DNA from: a virus
Length of the DNA stretch: 64,000 bases
Strand: one strand, 5' to 3'
Virus record (IMG/VR): IMGVR_UViG_3300032240_001333
Span: 17,265-81,264 of that record
The position numbers and the translations under genes are program-made. Below the pieces are notes generated by a model. It ran no database searches, was not told the DNA's origin, and was given only the letters and a program-made list of their open reading frames with translations. Each line of letters starts with the position of its first letter. The stretch's first letter is position 1. Positions 19,328 through 29,977 of the stretch are shown piece after piece.

Positions 19328-19887
19328 TAATTTAAAGCATAGTCTTTATCATTAGTTAACCAAAATAAAACTGCATATCTTGTACTAGATATTTTTTTAA
19401 TACAATGATCATACTCTGGTTCAGTAGAAGGCCAGCAGACCAAGTCTCCCTTTATAGATTTATATTTATAATTAAAATATGGGAAATATAGTTCGCCATC
19501 TTTTATTGTATCATTTAAATAAATAGCACAACTATATTTAAATTGAGTATTATTGCCATTATCGCTATCATTATGCATATCCAAATGAGAACCATCTGAT
19601 TGTTTGGCCAGCCAAAAAGAATTAATATATAATTCATCATTATAATTAAATTCATTTTTTACTTTATTGATTACTTTATTAAAATATTCAATAATTAAAT
19701 CTTTTATTTCATCAATTCCCTCTAAATACTCTATAGACTCTTTATGGTATTTATCCTTACCAAATAACAATATTCTATATTTATCATCTTGATAAGAAAC
19801 AAATTTATTTAAATTATTATCTATATAATTAATTATTAAATCTGCGGACCGATCATCGATAAAATTATTAAATATTTTAATATTCAT
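19324..19887 (-). CDS. 2OG-Fe(II) oxygenase
   Basis: HND, IYLND..DGELYF, H, RY. Confidence 0.88.
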   Translation of the reverse strand: MNIKIFNNFIDDRSADLIINYIDNNLNKFVSYQDDKYRILLFGKDKYHKESIEYLEGIDEIKDLIIEYFNKVINKVKNEFNYNDELYINSFWLAKQSDGSHLDMHNDSDNGNNTQFKYSCAIYLNDTIKDGELYFPYFNYKYKSIKGDLVCWPSTEPEYDHCIKKISSTRYAVLFWLTNDKDYALNY

Positions 19888-19920
19888 TATTATATTATAT
19901 CATTTATGCTATAATATAAT

Positions 19921-20478
19921 GTGAACAAAAAAGAGTTAATTCCAGGCGTAGTCGTATATTCAGATATTAACGATAATTTAAATTTTATTGATTTTATTAT
20001 AAATAGTAATCTTTTATGGCAGCAGTCCCTATCAGTTATAAATAATGAAGAGGTTTATGATGATAAAAGAACAAGCAAATATATATATATTCCTCATGAA
20101 CAAGAAAGCAATAATAGTATTCAAGAAAATTTGAGACAAAAAATTATAAATTTTTCTAAAGAAGCTGAAGAAGACTACAAGAATGAATATGAAATTCAAA
20201 CAAAATTTCATGATGGATATTCTATATTAAAATATGAAAAAGGAGATAAATGTGCTGAGCATATTGATAATAATGAAATTAATCCTAGAACGATTTCTAC
20301 TGTGTGGTATTTAAATGAAGACTATAAAGGCGGGGAAATATACTTTCCTAGATTCAATTTAAAATATAAACCTTTAAAAAATGAATTATTAATATTTCCA
20401 TCATTTTATGTGTATAACCACGAAGTATTGCCAGTTACAGAGGGAACAAGATATTCCATTGTAAGCTGGTTAAATTGA
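19921..20478 (+). CDS. 2OG-Fe(II) oxygenase
   Basis: HID, YLNEDYKGGE, FPS, HEVLPVTEGTRYS. Confidence 0.92.
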   Translation: MNKKELIPGVVVYSDINDNLNFIDFIINSNLLWQQSLSVINNEEVYDDKRTSKYIYIPHEQESNNSIQENLRQKIINFSKEAEEDYKNEYEIQTKFHDGYSILKYEKGDKCAEHIDNNEINPRTISTVWYLNEDYKGGEIYFPRFNLKYKPLKNELLIFPSFYVYNHEVLPVTEGTRYSIVSWLN

Positions 20479-20760
20479 TTGACTAATCTGGTATAATATT
20501 ATACAATTACTAGATGTTAAATAAAATCATATGTAAAATATGGGGGCACCCCATTTTTAGAGCAACCTCATGTCCATTTACAATGATGAATTATCTTGTA
20601 TGTGATAAATGTGGTTATATGAAAGTGGTGAGATAATGAAGATTGTATTATTTATAGGTTTAGCAATAGCAATAACTATTGGAATATTTAATTTAATATA
20701 TAAAAATGTTTTAAAAGACTATCAAACATTAGATTTAACTGGTAAGTCTTGGGAAGAGGA

Positions 20761-20991
20761 ATGAGAAAACTCCTTGATGGCAAAATAGTTAATTCTTACT
20801 TTGACCCAATAGATTTAACTATTCATACCAAAGCCCCAGGCAAATGGAAACTAATTGATATGGAAACTGGTCAGGAATATATAGGATCGGATACAATGAC
20901 TCAATACGGAATGTGGATCAGAGTTAAAGAGGCGGCAACACCAGGAAACATGGATATAGTAAAAGCTAAATATGGTAAGGATTGGTCATAA
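20761..20991 (+). CDS. Hypothetical protein
   Basis: ATG after GAGGA. Confidence 0.6.
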   Translation: MRKLLDGKIVNSYFDPIDLTIHTKAPGKWKLIDMETGQEYIGSDTMTQYGMWIRVKEAATPGNMDIVKAKYGKDWS

Positions 20992-21258
20992 TGGGATTAA
21001 AGTTTAGAAGCCCAATATATTGGGAATATAAATTCAATGGTTCGGTAAATAAACTCTGTTATACCTGTGGTGTTAGATATACGACTACCTTTAAAAAGAT
21101 AGAGAAAAAAAAAGATAAATGCCCATATTGCAAATATAGAGAGGCAATCTAATTAAACAGGATTATCCAGAAGAATATACTAATCCTGGATTTAGCATAG
21201 CCAAATGGTCAGACGATGACGATTGGCATCCAATAACTCCATTTAGAGGAAAACTAAG

Positions 21259-22077
21259 ATGAATTCTAGTAGATTTGTTTTACATGGTTATACAATAAAC
21301 CCGATAACAGAAGCTAAAACTTTACATAGTATAATCAATGGTTTATGTTCATATGAATATAAAATAAGCCATATTTGCGATTTTGATCCAAATAGAGTAA
21401 AAAAACATATAAATTATTTAGGTTCACCTATTAGTGTTGCTAAAATTGAAAAAATTCAAGATAATGATAAAACAGGTTTAATTGCAACTCAATTTTTAAC
21501 CAATGGATATTTTACAATAAAAATATGGGAAAATATAACTCCATCACTAGTGCGATTTGATTTATATTTAGATGAAAAATTAGATGATATTGATTTAATA
21601 CTAGACCACCTAACATCTCCTGCTATACCTGATGATGGATTAGGTTTATTTGATTATACATATTCACTGACCCATGATCAATTTCATAAGCATCCTTTGC
21701 AAAAATATGATAAGAAAATGTCTTCTTATTTTATTAATGATAAGATTAAATATGAGGACGATGAAATAAATTGGTCAATTACTTTAAATGAGTTGGATAA
21801 AATAGAATGTCATTTTTGTAGTAATGCTGCCACACAATGGATTATAATTAGCCCACCTTGGTTAAAAGAAGGTGAATTTGGCGAAGATTATAACTTTATA
21901 ACTGTAACTGTTTGTTCCAATTGTGTTTCTAGGGGAAGAAAAGGAGAAATTATAAAAATTAAAAAAGATAATATGAAAATTATTACTACTTCAGATTTAA
22001 ATTATTTAAAAGTAACAGAAATAGATGAATTTGGAAATAAATATACTAGAAATGATCCACAAGATAATCATGAATGA
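21259..22077 (+). CDS. Degenerate AdoMet-decarboxylase-like domain plus Zn finger
   Basis: GLIATQFLTNGYFTIKIWE...PSLVRFDLY resembles the SpeD core; CHFC...CSNC. Confidence 0.5.
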   Translation: MNSSRFVLHGYTINPITEAKTLHSIINGLCSYEYKISHICDFDPNRVKKHINYLGSPISVAKIEKIQDNDKTGLIATQFLTNGYFTIKIWENITPSLVRFDLYLDEKLDDIDLILDHLTSPAIPDDGLGLFDYTYSLTHDQFHKHPLQKYDKKMSSYFINDKIKYEDDEINWSITLNELDKIECHFCSNAATQWIIISPPWLKEGEFGEDYNFITVTVCSNCVSRGRKGEIIKIKKDNMKIITTSDLNYLKVTEIDEFGNKYTRNDPQDNHE

Positions 22078-22240
22078 ATTTGATGGATATTGCAAATATT
22101 GTGAAATGGTTGTAAGAGGTAAAACTACAGCAATCAATACCCTGGAATCTGGTAATTACCTATATATAGGAGAATGCCTAATATGCCTATATGAGATCAG
22201 AAAAATAGTTGCAAAAGCTAAACAAATTATAGTTGACTAG
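22070..22240 (+). CDS. Zn-ribbon protein
   Basis: YCKYC...GECLIC. Confidence 0.6.
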   Translation: MNEFDGYCKYCEMVVRGKTTAINTLESGNYLYIGECLICLYEIRKIVAKAKQIIVD

Positions 22241-22290
22241 AATATATATATAATATATACTATATACATCCCAATTAGTGCAAGCGAAAA

Positions 22291-22959
22291 GTGAAGCGGA
22301 AAAGAGAACAAATGAACATATTTAGGCAATTTCGCCTTAAGAAGGCTATTGGCCAGATAATGAATGAGCATGAAGAATTATTTAAACAATTAGCAGAGGC
22401 GGAGAAACAACCAATTACCAATTTAACATGGCAAGATGATGATGGGCTATATAGGGCATGGTCCTATAATAAAAAGCAAAATAGATACTATTTCAATGAT
22501 ATTGGTGATGAGATGTTTTTGAAAGTATGGGAGTATATATTTAAAGATGGCGGGGAAGATGAATTATCTAAAGGAAGGCTGGTAGAGTTATGAGTTATAT
22601 ATTTTTGATGGCTATTACATGGTTAATAACTAGGTTATATTACACAGGAAAGCTGGAAAAAATTCTAGGCAATTCAAATCTCATAGAGACTAAATGCGAT
22701 AGATGCTCCAATATCCTGTATTTAACCCAAGAGAACATTAGAGCAGTAAATTACTGCAATGGCTGCAAATAGGACGGGGAAAGCGATGAAATGCGATATA
22801 TGTAAACTAGATAAGAAACTATACCTATATATCAAAGATACTCTAATATACGGATTATGCTTATTATGTCTGAAGACCCAAGAGCAAATAGATATAGCCA
22901 GAGATTATAAAGAACTTAAAGAGCAACTATATAATAATATGCTGAAAGATGACCTATAA
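22291..22959 (+). CDS. Three small coupled hypothetical ORFs (22291-22593, 22590-22772, about 22786-22959)
   Basis: ORF track; CxxC motifs in the last two. Confidence 0.5.
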
Positions 22960-23523
22960 TAGCTGATATAAGCCATTAGAAATTCTTTCAGTATGGCTAA
23001 AATATGCTACATATCCTAACTTCCCCCTTCCCTTCCAGAGCTCTTAAAACCCCCTTTAAAGCCCATTTAGAGCCATTTCTATTAGATATCTATGAAAGTA
23101 AATACTATTAATTCATTAGTAAATACTATAGATTTATGATTATATAATTATACATGTATTTGAGCATCCTCCATAACTCCCCATAATGCTCCACATGTCC
23201 CCATGTCTATCAAATGTTCAGGGATTTGTCAACATGTCTCGTAAAAGCATATTTTTGCCCACATGTCAATAGATTTTATATAACAATTTGGCATAAATGT
23301 ATGTTAAATTTGCTATACATTTTGCTATATTTTATATATATTTTAATAGATTCTATATATGTTTTATTATATTATTATACATTCTTATATGATTCTCAGG
23401 GATTTTTAAGTATTCTTCGTAAAGGAGAAATTGTGCCCTTAGCTAATATACAAAAAAGGGACATATATATCCAAGATGTACATATAGTACAAATCGGACA
23501 TACATGTCCCATGTTTGATTATA

Positions 23524-23793
23524 TTATATTATAGGTTCATGTTGTTCTATTACTTCGGCTAGATGACTGGATAACATTAGGGCTTCTGATGTATATCCTT
23601 CCGCCCATGCCGTTTGGAAATTACCCGCCTGTTGTTTAATAACTTCCTTTATCAGTTCCATAAGTCTATCTTGAGTATATAGCGGTAGGTTATTAACAAT
23701 AATACTAGCGCAAATCATTGGATTAAACCAATGATTATCTAATACTACTTGTAGTTGGTCTACGATTTTTTCTTCATCTGTTTTCTTTGCCAT
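23524..23793 (-). CDS. Hypothetical early protein
   Basis: GAGGCGGA just before the ATG. Confidence 0.7.
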   Translation of the reverse strand: MAKKTDEEKIVDQLQVVLDNHWFNPMICASIIVNNLPLYTQDRLMELIKEVIKQQAGNFQTAWAEGYTSEALMLSSHLAEVIEQHEPII

Positions 23794-23886
23794 GTCCGCC
23801 TCTTTCTAGTCTTTGGATTATATCAAAAAAGTTGGGAAAGGTCAATAGTGATATGCGACTATCAACCCCTCCCAATGTTAGATAGT

Positions 23887-24027
23887 TTACTTGGTCTTAA
23901 CCTCTGCAGTAAACTTGATGCCGTTCTTCTCGGCCTCTGATAGAGCTTGCTTGGCTGCTCCTGAGAAGCGACCACGCTTGCCGACAGTAATGCCCTTGCT
24001 TACTAGATATTCACGTTTTGTAGCCAT
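23887..24027 (-). CDS. Stand-alone Lsr2-like DNA-binding domain (46 aa, not in ORF track)
   Basis: MATKREYLVSKGITVGKRGRFSGAAKQALSEAEKNGIKFTAEVKTK; RGR motif; GAGGA RBS. Confidence 0.72.
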   Translation of the reverse strand: MATKREYLVSKGITVGKRGRFSGAAKQALSEAEKNGIKFTAEVKTK

Positions 24028-24029
24028 TT

Positions 24030-24461
24030 TTATTCCTCTTCTAATATAACAGGTTCCGCCTTGAAACCTGGTTCTTGCGTTCCATATTCAGTTGTATTAT
24101 CTGACTCCTCGTCAGAATCTTCATCCAGCCATCCGTCGTCTTCGAGGGCGGCAAGGAAATCATTATCAATCATCCAATCAAGAATTGCCTCATCAACAGC
24201 CTCCGCACCATATTCAAGGGTAAAATCACTTGGCGGGTTGGCCCAGAGTTTATCCCAGATAACATCTAGAGTAGTATTAGCAGTTATTACAAAGTCATTG
24301 CCAAAATCATCTTGAGAATAATTATTAAACTTATCTTTAATTACATCCCATACCCATAGCCATACTAATGACATTGGAACATCCATGCCATTTAAAGTAT
24401 CGACAATTTGGTCCAATTGCATTCTAATCTTGACACCACGGTCATATTGTGCATTATCCAC
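24030..24461 (-). CDS. Highly acidic hypothetical protein
   Basis: Asp/Glu-rich 143-aa ORF. Confidence 0.7.
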   Translation of the reverse strand: MDNAQYDRGVKIRMQLDQIVDTLNGMDVPMSLVWLWVWDVIKDKFNNYSQDDFGNDFVITANTTLDVIWDKLWANPPSDFTLEYGAEAVDEAILDWMIDNDFLAALEDDGWLDEDSDEESDNTTEYGTQEPGFKAEPVILEEE

Positions 24462-24916
24462 GCTGTTTTGCCCTTTCGTTGATAGCGAATGCTAAATTAT
24501 ACGTCATAACATACAAATCTGTCAATGCGTCCATACGTCCTTCAAAATAAAATTTATCTGCAATATTATCAGAATCACCTATTTCCGATAGTTTTGTTTC
24601 ACATTCATACATCCAATTTTTTAATTCACCATGCATGATGTTAGTACCTGTTTCTCCCAGGTCAATCAGCTTTTGAAGATGTGGGCTTAATTCATCAGAC
24701 ATTATCATTTGCTACCTCCAATAAATGTTCTATGGCAAATATCTGTCCTTGTATATAATGCCAATCAATTGAATCATCTTTTAAAGATGTCTTTTCAATT
24801 AGTTCTTTATCTTGTTCAAGACTTATTAAATGAAGTTTCATATATTCGATTAAATTAGTCATGGATATCTTTCTGTCCAGTTTCTCTATTATGAATTGCA
24901 TATACTCCGCAATCAC
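24454..24916 (-). CDS. Two small coupled hypothetical ORFs
   Basis: 24454-24708 and 24695-about 24861; similar YxxG(R/Q)xxA motif. Confidence 0.6.
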
Positions 24917-25130
24917 AATTAAAGTATCCTGGTGTGTCGGTGCATTCCCATTTATGACTATGCATGATCGAAATACCCCTCAGCCCATAGTCCTTGCAAG
25001 AAACTGTTTGCCATTTCTAAATCGCTTCTAAGTTCTGTCTTATCCATTAAATTGGACGGGGTCCTAAGATAAAAAAGTTTTGCGTCATGTATAGCATTAA
25101 TCATTCTATTTAAATCATTTTCAGTATAAC

Positions 25131-25340
25131 CTAGCATAAGAAGTACTCATCCCCTTCTTTATATCCATAATATTCATTATAAGATTGTCTTACATTATCA
25201 GGAGCAAATTCCATAAATTTAAATTCAGCATATTCTTCGCCTTCATCTAAATTAGAATTATTCCAGTCTTCAAACAATTGCTCTTTTATATCATGCTGGA
25301 TAGAATCTATTAGCATTTCATTCATATCATCTGTAAACAT
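25131..25340 (-). CDS. Acidic hypothetical early protein
   Basis: AACGAAAGG RBS and TGTCAG promoter upstream. Confidence 0.75.
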   Translation of the reverse strand: MFTDDMNEMLIDSIQHDIKEQLFEDWNNSNLDEGEEYAEFKFMEFAPDNVRQSYNEYYGYKEGDEYFLC

Positions 25341-25496
25341 TTTTCCCCTTTCGTTATGGCTTAATTATATATCAGACCACTGACATTTGTAAATAGAATA
25401 TTGGTGTGTTTCACACCACATTGTCCAAAGATTGAGATTTCCAGGAAATTTACTTGACATCCGTAAAACAGATATGATACCCTCACCAGCTGCGGG

Positions 25497-25631
25497 AAAT
25501 AAGAAACCCCCCAGCCGAGACTACTGGGGGATTAAGAGAGTGGCTGCTAGGACCTCAACGAAAGGAAAAGCCTGCTTTACTTAGCAACTAGATAAGTTGC
25601 ACCACTCATATGAATAGGCACCCTGGGCCTA
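25497..25631 (-). ncRNA. Candidate small RNA antisense to the shared early-gene RBS
   Basis: TGCTATAAT promoter (25637-25645), UUUUCCUUUCGUUG segment, CCCCCAG/CTGGGGG terminator. Confidence 0.65.
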
Positions 25632-25647
25632 ATCAAATTATAGCATA

Positions 25648-26052
25648 TTAGACGAGCAGTCTCTCCAATGCATACTTCTCACAGAATGATGTGAGATCCA
25701 TGGTAAAGATTGCTTCATTCTTCATACCTAAAACTTTATTCTCTAAGTTGCGATGATCATCTTGCTCATGCAATGAGAACGTTTGGTCCTTCCAATTAAT
25801 AACAGCGATCTTGTGCTCATTGTCACCAATTGAATTTACCTGCAGACCCCAGCCTGTTTCCATGTTCCATTGGTCGCCGATCAAATGACTAATAGCAATA
25901 CGTGTTGCATATGATTCGTCATTCCATCGAGGACGTGCTGCAATAACAGCATCCGCCAATTTACCTAACATGTTATATCCAGCCCAGTGTCCGTATAAGC
26001 AGATTGTATCTCCTGCTCCATCAACGAATACGTAGTTTGCTCTATCTCCCAT
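25648..26052 (-). CDS. Hypothetical phage protein
   Basis: MGDRA...LYGHWAG...YATRI ORF. Confidence 0.75.
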   Translation of the reverse strand: MGDRANYVFVDGAGDTICLYGHWAGYNMLGKLADAVIAARPRWNDESYATRIAISHLIGDQWNMETGWGLQVNSIGDNEHKIAVINWKDQTFSLHEQDDHRNLENKVLGMKNEAIFTMDLTSFCEKYALERLLV

Positions 26053-26243
26053 TATATTTCCGCCTTTTCTAGTTGAGGTGTTTCTTCCGTTTTGTTTAAT
26101 TCTATCATTTCATAGGCCCATTTGTCTAGAGCCTCTGAATTACTATTTCGGTGATGTCCGCAAAATGCCAGCTCACCTGATGTGCTACGGGCTAACCATT
26201 TAGCCTGAGCTGAGCATGAATCACATTTGATCCATTCGCTCAT
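26052..26243 (-). CDS. Small actinobacterial-type Zn-binding protein
   Basis: CDxCxAQA...GELxFCGHH. Confidence 0.7.
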   Translation of the reverse strand: MSEWIKCDSCSAQAKWLARSTSGELAFCGHHRNSNSEALDKWAYEMIELNKTEETPQLEKAEI

Positions 26244-26378
26244 ATCTTGTTTTCCTCTATCATATCTGATAGGCGGTCAAGGAGCCAAGAGTCGATATCC
26301 GCTAAGTCTATCTCTCTTAACTTCTCAATGATCTCCTCACGAGCAAATTTATACCCGTCATCAAAACCATCTTTATAC

Positions 26379-26612
26379 TCAGACATTTTCTCCCCTAACA
26401 TATGCTAATTCATTCTCAGCATAATCTTTTTCATTTAATACTGTAAGATTGTGAGTTTGAATTAACTTGCTCACCTTCTCAATATTACCTGTTCCGATCT
26501 CGAATGTCAAGGACTTACGGTCATGAGAATCAGGATCAAGCCCCATGACCTCCGCATCCCATGAGGCTCTATGGAAAGCAACATTACTATTTGCTTTTAA
26601 TTTATAAAACAT
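26379..26612 (-). CDS. Hypothetical protein
   Basis: Coupled ORF. Confidence 0.6.
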   Translation of the reverse strand: MFYKLKANSNVAFHRASWDAEVMGLDPDSHDRKSLTFEIGTGNIEKVSKLIQTHNLTVLNEKDYAENELAYVRGENV

Positions 26613-27064
26613 TAGTTCCAATCCACATCTGTGTCTTCAATTGACCAATCATTTACTTCAACATCGCTTCCATATGATGTTAAAGTAAGTTCATCTCCAA
26701 GTTTGTAATGAGCGTCAAAGTTATCAACCTCATCAAGTGGAACCTGAACAGTTACTTCAAAATTAATAGTTCCAGTTACTGTAACTGTCTTTGATAATTC
26801 AAATCCAAACAGTTCTGCTATTTGTTGAAGCGCTTCTTCCTTTGTATAATTAGGATTATATAATTCAACTAGAAGTTCTTCTAACTCATTAACCTTTGAT
26901 TTAAGGCTATGATAGTTATCATTAGCACGACGACCTTGATCTAAGGCCCATTCTAAATCAACTACCTTATCGGTAATATATTCAGGTGCTTCAGGTGCTG
27001 CGTAGGTTCCTGCAATCTTCTTGTAAGTCACAAGTAGATTAGGATTGTATGTTTCTATTGACAT
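26612..27064 (-). CDS. Hypothetical protein
   Basis: AACGAAAGGAAA RBS; promoter embedded in the upstream CDS. Confidence 0.75.
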   Translation of the reverse strand: MSIETYNPNLLVTYKKIAGTYAAPEAPEYITDKVVDLEWALDQGRRANDNYHSLKSKVNELEELLVELYNPNYTKEEALQQIAELFGFELSKTVTVTGTINFEVTVQVPLDEVDNFDAHYKLGDELTLTSYGSDVEVNDWSIEDTDVDWN

Positions 27065-27822
27065 TAGTTTCCTTTCGTTGTAGTAGTGGTTAAGTATACA
27101 TTATGGGTCTGACATTCCGCCATAGCATCTTCATCCTGCCAAGAGCCTTGATTACATTCTGAGCAGAATTCTCCGCATCCGTCTTCACAATAATCTATTG
27201 TGTTAAAAGATTGGCAGGCATAACATCTGTTTTCATATTCTAAGTTTTCATTAACTTCACCACGAACAATCTCGTATTCACCACCCCAACCAGTCTCTTC
27301 TTCAAATTCAAGGGTTAATAGAGAGTTTGGAACAAGATTGCTAAGTTTAGTTAATATAGTAACGGCAGGTGACCAAGCAGTATTATATTTATAGATAACC
27401 CAGTTGTCTTCACCCTCTGATGTATATTCAAGTAATTCAGTATCAGGATATTCATCTTTGTCTGCTACGGCAACATCCCATTTTGTTCCCCAGTTAGTTG
27501 TATTCCAGTTATACCAATCTTTCTGAGTTTTAGCATGCTCCATTTCTTTATCAAACCAATCAGGTTGATTTGTAGAAATTCCAAGTCGTGCAGGTTGTTG
27601 AACATATTCTTGCATTGTAATACCATCTTGTAATGGAGAATGTATATTCCAAAATGCAAAGACAGGATTAGAGTAAGTAGATTCAGTTACTTCCATTTTA
27701 TTAGTTTCCATGTTCCAACTATCGTGCCATACCATAAATGGCTCGTTAAGTTTATCTTTGATAAAATCTATCTCAGACTTTGGTCCTTGGATTGTTAATG
27801 TGTTATACACCCAGTTAGGCAT
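27064..27822 (-). CDS. DUF1281/YubB-like protein
   Basis: MPNW.YN, WYNWN..NWGTKWD, TAWSP. Confidence 0.78.
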   Translation of the reverse strand: MPNWVYNTLTIQGPKSEIDFIKDKLNEPFMVWHDSWNMETNKMEVTESTYSNPVFAFWNIHSPLQDGITMQEYVQQPARLGISTNQPDWFDKEMEHAKTQKDWYNWNTTNWGTKWDVAVADKDEYPDTELLEYTSEGEDNWVIYKYNTAWSPAVTILTKLSNLVPNSLLTLEFEEETGWGGEYEIVRGEVNENLEYENRCYACQSFNTIDYCEDGCGEFCSECNQGSWQDEDAMAECQTHNVYLTTTTTKGN

Positions 27823-27946
27823 ATTATTCCTTTCGTTGATTAGCGCAATTGTATCAGAGTCGACTGACATTATCAAGGATTTCCAGGAATTTTATTGATG
27901 TTCTCATAAAAGCGAAAAAAGGCCCTTAGCTATTGGGGGCAGCTTG

Positions 27947-28020
27947 CGATCCCAACGGGACTTGAACCCGTAGCCTTTACCGTGACAGGGTAACGATCTA
28001 ACCAATTGATCTATGGGACC
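27947..28020 (-). tRNA. tRNA-Asp(GTC)
   Basis: Reverse-strand cloverleaf GGTCCCA...TTACC-CTGTCAC-GGTAA...GGTTCAAGTCC...TGGGATCG. Confidence 0.92.
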
Positions 28021-28051
28021 TAGATGTGGGGCCCTTTCGGGCCCCATTTAT

Positions 28052-29059
28052 TTATACTAGTTGCAGATTATTTTGTACAACTTTTAACAAGCGATTTTTT
28101 TCTGCGTTAATTACAGGATTGAAACCACTTGCAGATGCTAAAAGAGTTTCAGCATTTCCACGGCGATGCCAATCTAAACGCTCAGTTAAAGCGTTAAATG
28201 CTCCCCATGCATTACCAGCGATCATGTGATTAAATTCGCCAGTGTAGATATCATTAATGAGATCAACTTTCGTTTCCCATTTTTTAATTGCGCCCTTAGT
28301 ATCTTTTGTAGGCTTAGGGTACGCAGCCAAAATAATATCGTTAAATTGTTGAGCGGTGATTTCTTTTTGAATCATCTGCTTAGCCATGATATCGAATTTA
28401 TCCATGTATGAATTCGCAAGACCTAAAGCCTCACGAGCCACACGCACACGACCTTCAGCAGATTGTGTATGACGGATTTTGAAAGATTGCTTAACGCCAT
28501 CTTTCTTTTTGATATTGCCCATCGCAAGATTTAGCGTGTTAGCGCATACAACACGAACGGGTGTTATAGATGCTTGAATAGCAATTGAGCCATCATGTGA
28601 TGTATTAATAAGCAGATAAGTTTTAACAACATCTGCCACGCCACTAGGATCAAGAACGGTTTCACGCTCTAATGCTAATGAGCCGAATACAACACGACCG
28701 CCACGAATTGAGCCAGCAGTCTCCCAACGTCCACCGCCATCAAGAATATTATCGCCGAATGCGAATAATTCTTCATTTTGCAATGGTACATAACGCTCAC
28801 CGACAATTCCTAAAACATCGGTTTGTGTTTTGTCCGTAGGATTAGTACGCACAACATATTGATAGTTTTTATCGCTTGTTAATGTAGATGGAATTTCTAA
28901 TTCCTCTAAGCGAACATTCCAACCATTAAGGTTAGCGGTTTCTAGCATTTCGCTAGTTGTTTTTTCTTCTGTGAACACGGTACCTAAACCATGCCACGCA
29001 GGTTCACGAAATGATGCAAAAGAAGTTTTGCCATTTTGTGATTCTAGTTCATGAGCCAT
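28052..29059 (-). CDS. DUF932 family phage/plasmid protein
   Basis: MAHE..., PAWHGLG, ETAGSIRGG, SHDGS, TPVRVVCANTL, IRHT. Confidence 0.9.
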   Translation of the reverse strand: MAHELESQNGKTSFASFREPAWHGLGTVFTEEKTTSEMLETANLNGWNVRLEELEIPSTLTSDKNYQYVVRTNPTDKTQTDVLGIVGERYVPLQNEELFAFGDNILDGGGRWETAGSIRGGRVVFGSLALERETVLDPSGVADVVKTYLLINTSHDGSIAIQASITPVRVVCANTLNLAMGNIKKKDGVKQSFKIRHTQSAEGRVRVAREALGLANSYMDKFDIMAKQMIQKEITAQQFNDIILAAYPKPTKDTKGAIKKWETKVDLINDIYTGEFNHMIAGNAWGAFNALTERLDWHRRGNAETLLASASGFNPVINAEKNRLLKVVQNNLQLV

Positions 29060-29196
29060 TTATTTTCCTTTCGTTTAATGTAGCGTTATTCTAGCATACA
29101 TGACTGACATTTGGCAATATCCTATCCGACACGCCAGGGATTTTAAAAGCTTGACTTAAAGCAGAAAATGCCCCCACAGTATCTGGGGGCTTTTAA

Positions 29197-29415
29197 TTAA
29201 GAAATGACTAACGATTTAAAATCGGTTGGAAAAAACATTGCCAGAATCTTTTTCTTTTCAACATTGTCATATACATATGCTTTGACATTGCCCTGGAACT
29301 TATTTAGATTTTTTCTAACAACTTTATTTAGCGCTTCACGATTTAATATATCATTAAAATGTAAAGTTAAATCATGAGCTTTGTTAGCATCATAGATTTC
29401 TACACGATACCGCAT
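29197..29415 (-). CDS. Hypothetical protein
   Basis: AAAGGA RBS. Confidence 0.65.
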   Translation of the reverse strand: MRYRVEIYDANKAHDLTLHFNDILNREALNKVVRKNLNKFQGNVKAYVYDNVEKKKILAMFFPTDFKSLVIS

Positions 29416-29487
29416 TTGTTTCCTTTTGTAGTAGGGAGAACTATTTTAACATAGGGGGCTAGATTTTGTCTAGCCCCCATTTGTTTA

Positions 29488-29910
29488 TTATAGATATTGA
29501 GCGATAGCGTTGTAAGTAGAAGTTGAAACTACTTCCTCATCTGTCATTTTCAGAATACGGATAGCGTTTTCAATTTCATCTTTTGTAGCCTTGTAAGTAT
29601 GAACATGGAAGGTTTCAAAATCACGCTCAGGTTGCTTAGGAAAATCCTTCTCGTCAATTTTTAAGTCAAAATCAACATTGAGTTGGTTATTCCATGAACG
29701 ATAATTTGTGCGGACATTTTCCGCTTTTGAGATATTATCAAGAGCAAACTTAACAATATCTTTATTCCACTTAGCCAAAGTCTTTTGATACTTTGCCTCG
29801 TTCTCGTCTTGTTTCTTATAGTTAGTTTCAATTTCTGCTAACTTAGTTTCTAAAGCCTTGATAACTTTAGGTGTAGCGATTTTAACGCTAATTGCTTTTT
29901 GTCTTGACAT
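29488..29910 (-). CDS. Hypothetical coiled-coil protein
   Basis: Conserved promoter and RBS upstream. Confidence 0.8.
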   Translation of the reverse strand: MSRQKAISVKIATPKVIKALETKLAEIETNYKKQDENEAKYQKTLAKWNKDIVKFALDNISKAENVRTNYRSWNNQLNVDFDLKIDEKDFPKQPERDFETFHVHTYKATKDEIENAIRILKMTDEEVVSTSTYNAIAQYL

Positions 29911-29977
29911 GTATTTCCTTTCGTTAGGTTGGGTTTATTATAGCGGACACCACCGACAAGCGGTGTCCGCATATTAC

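Noticed and set aside
23214-23534. 106-aa + strand ORF
   Set aside because: Low-complexity AT tract containing two non-coding motif copies
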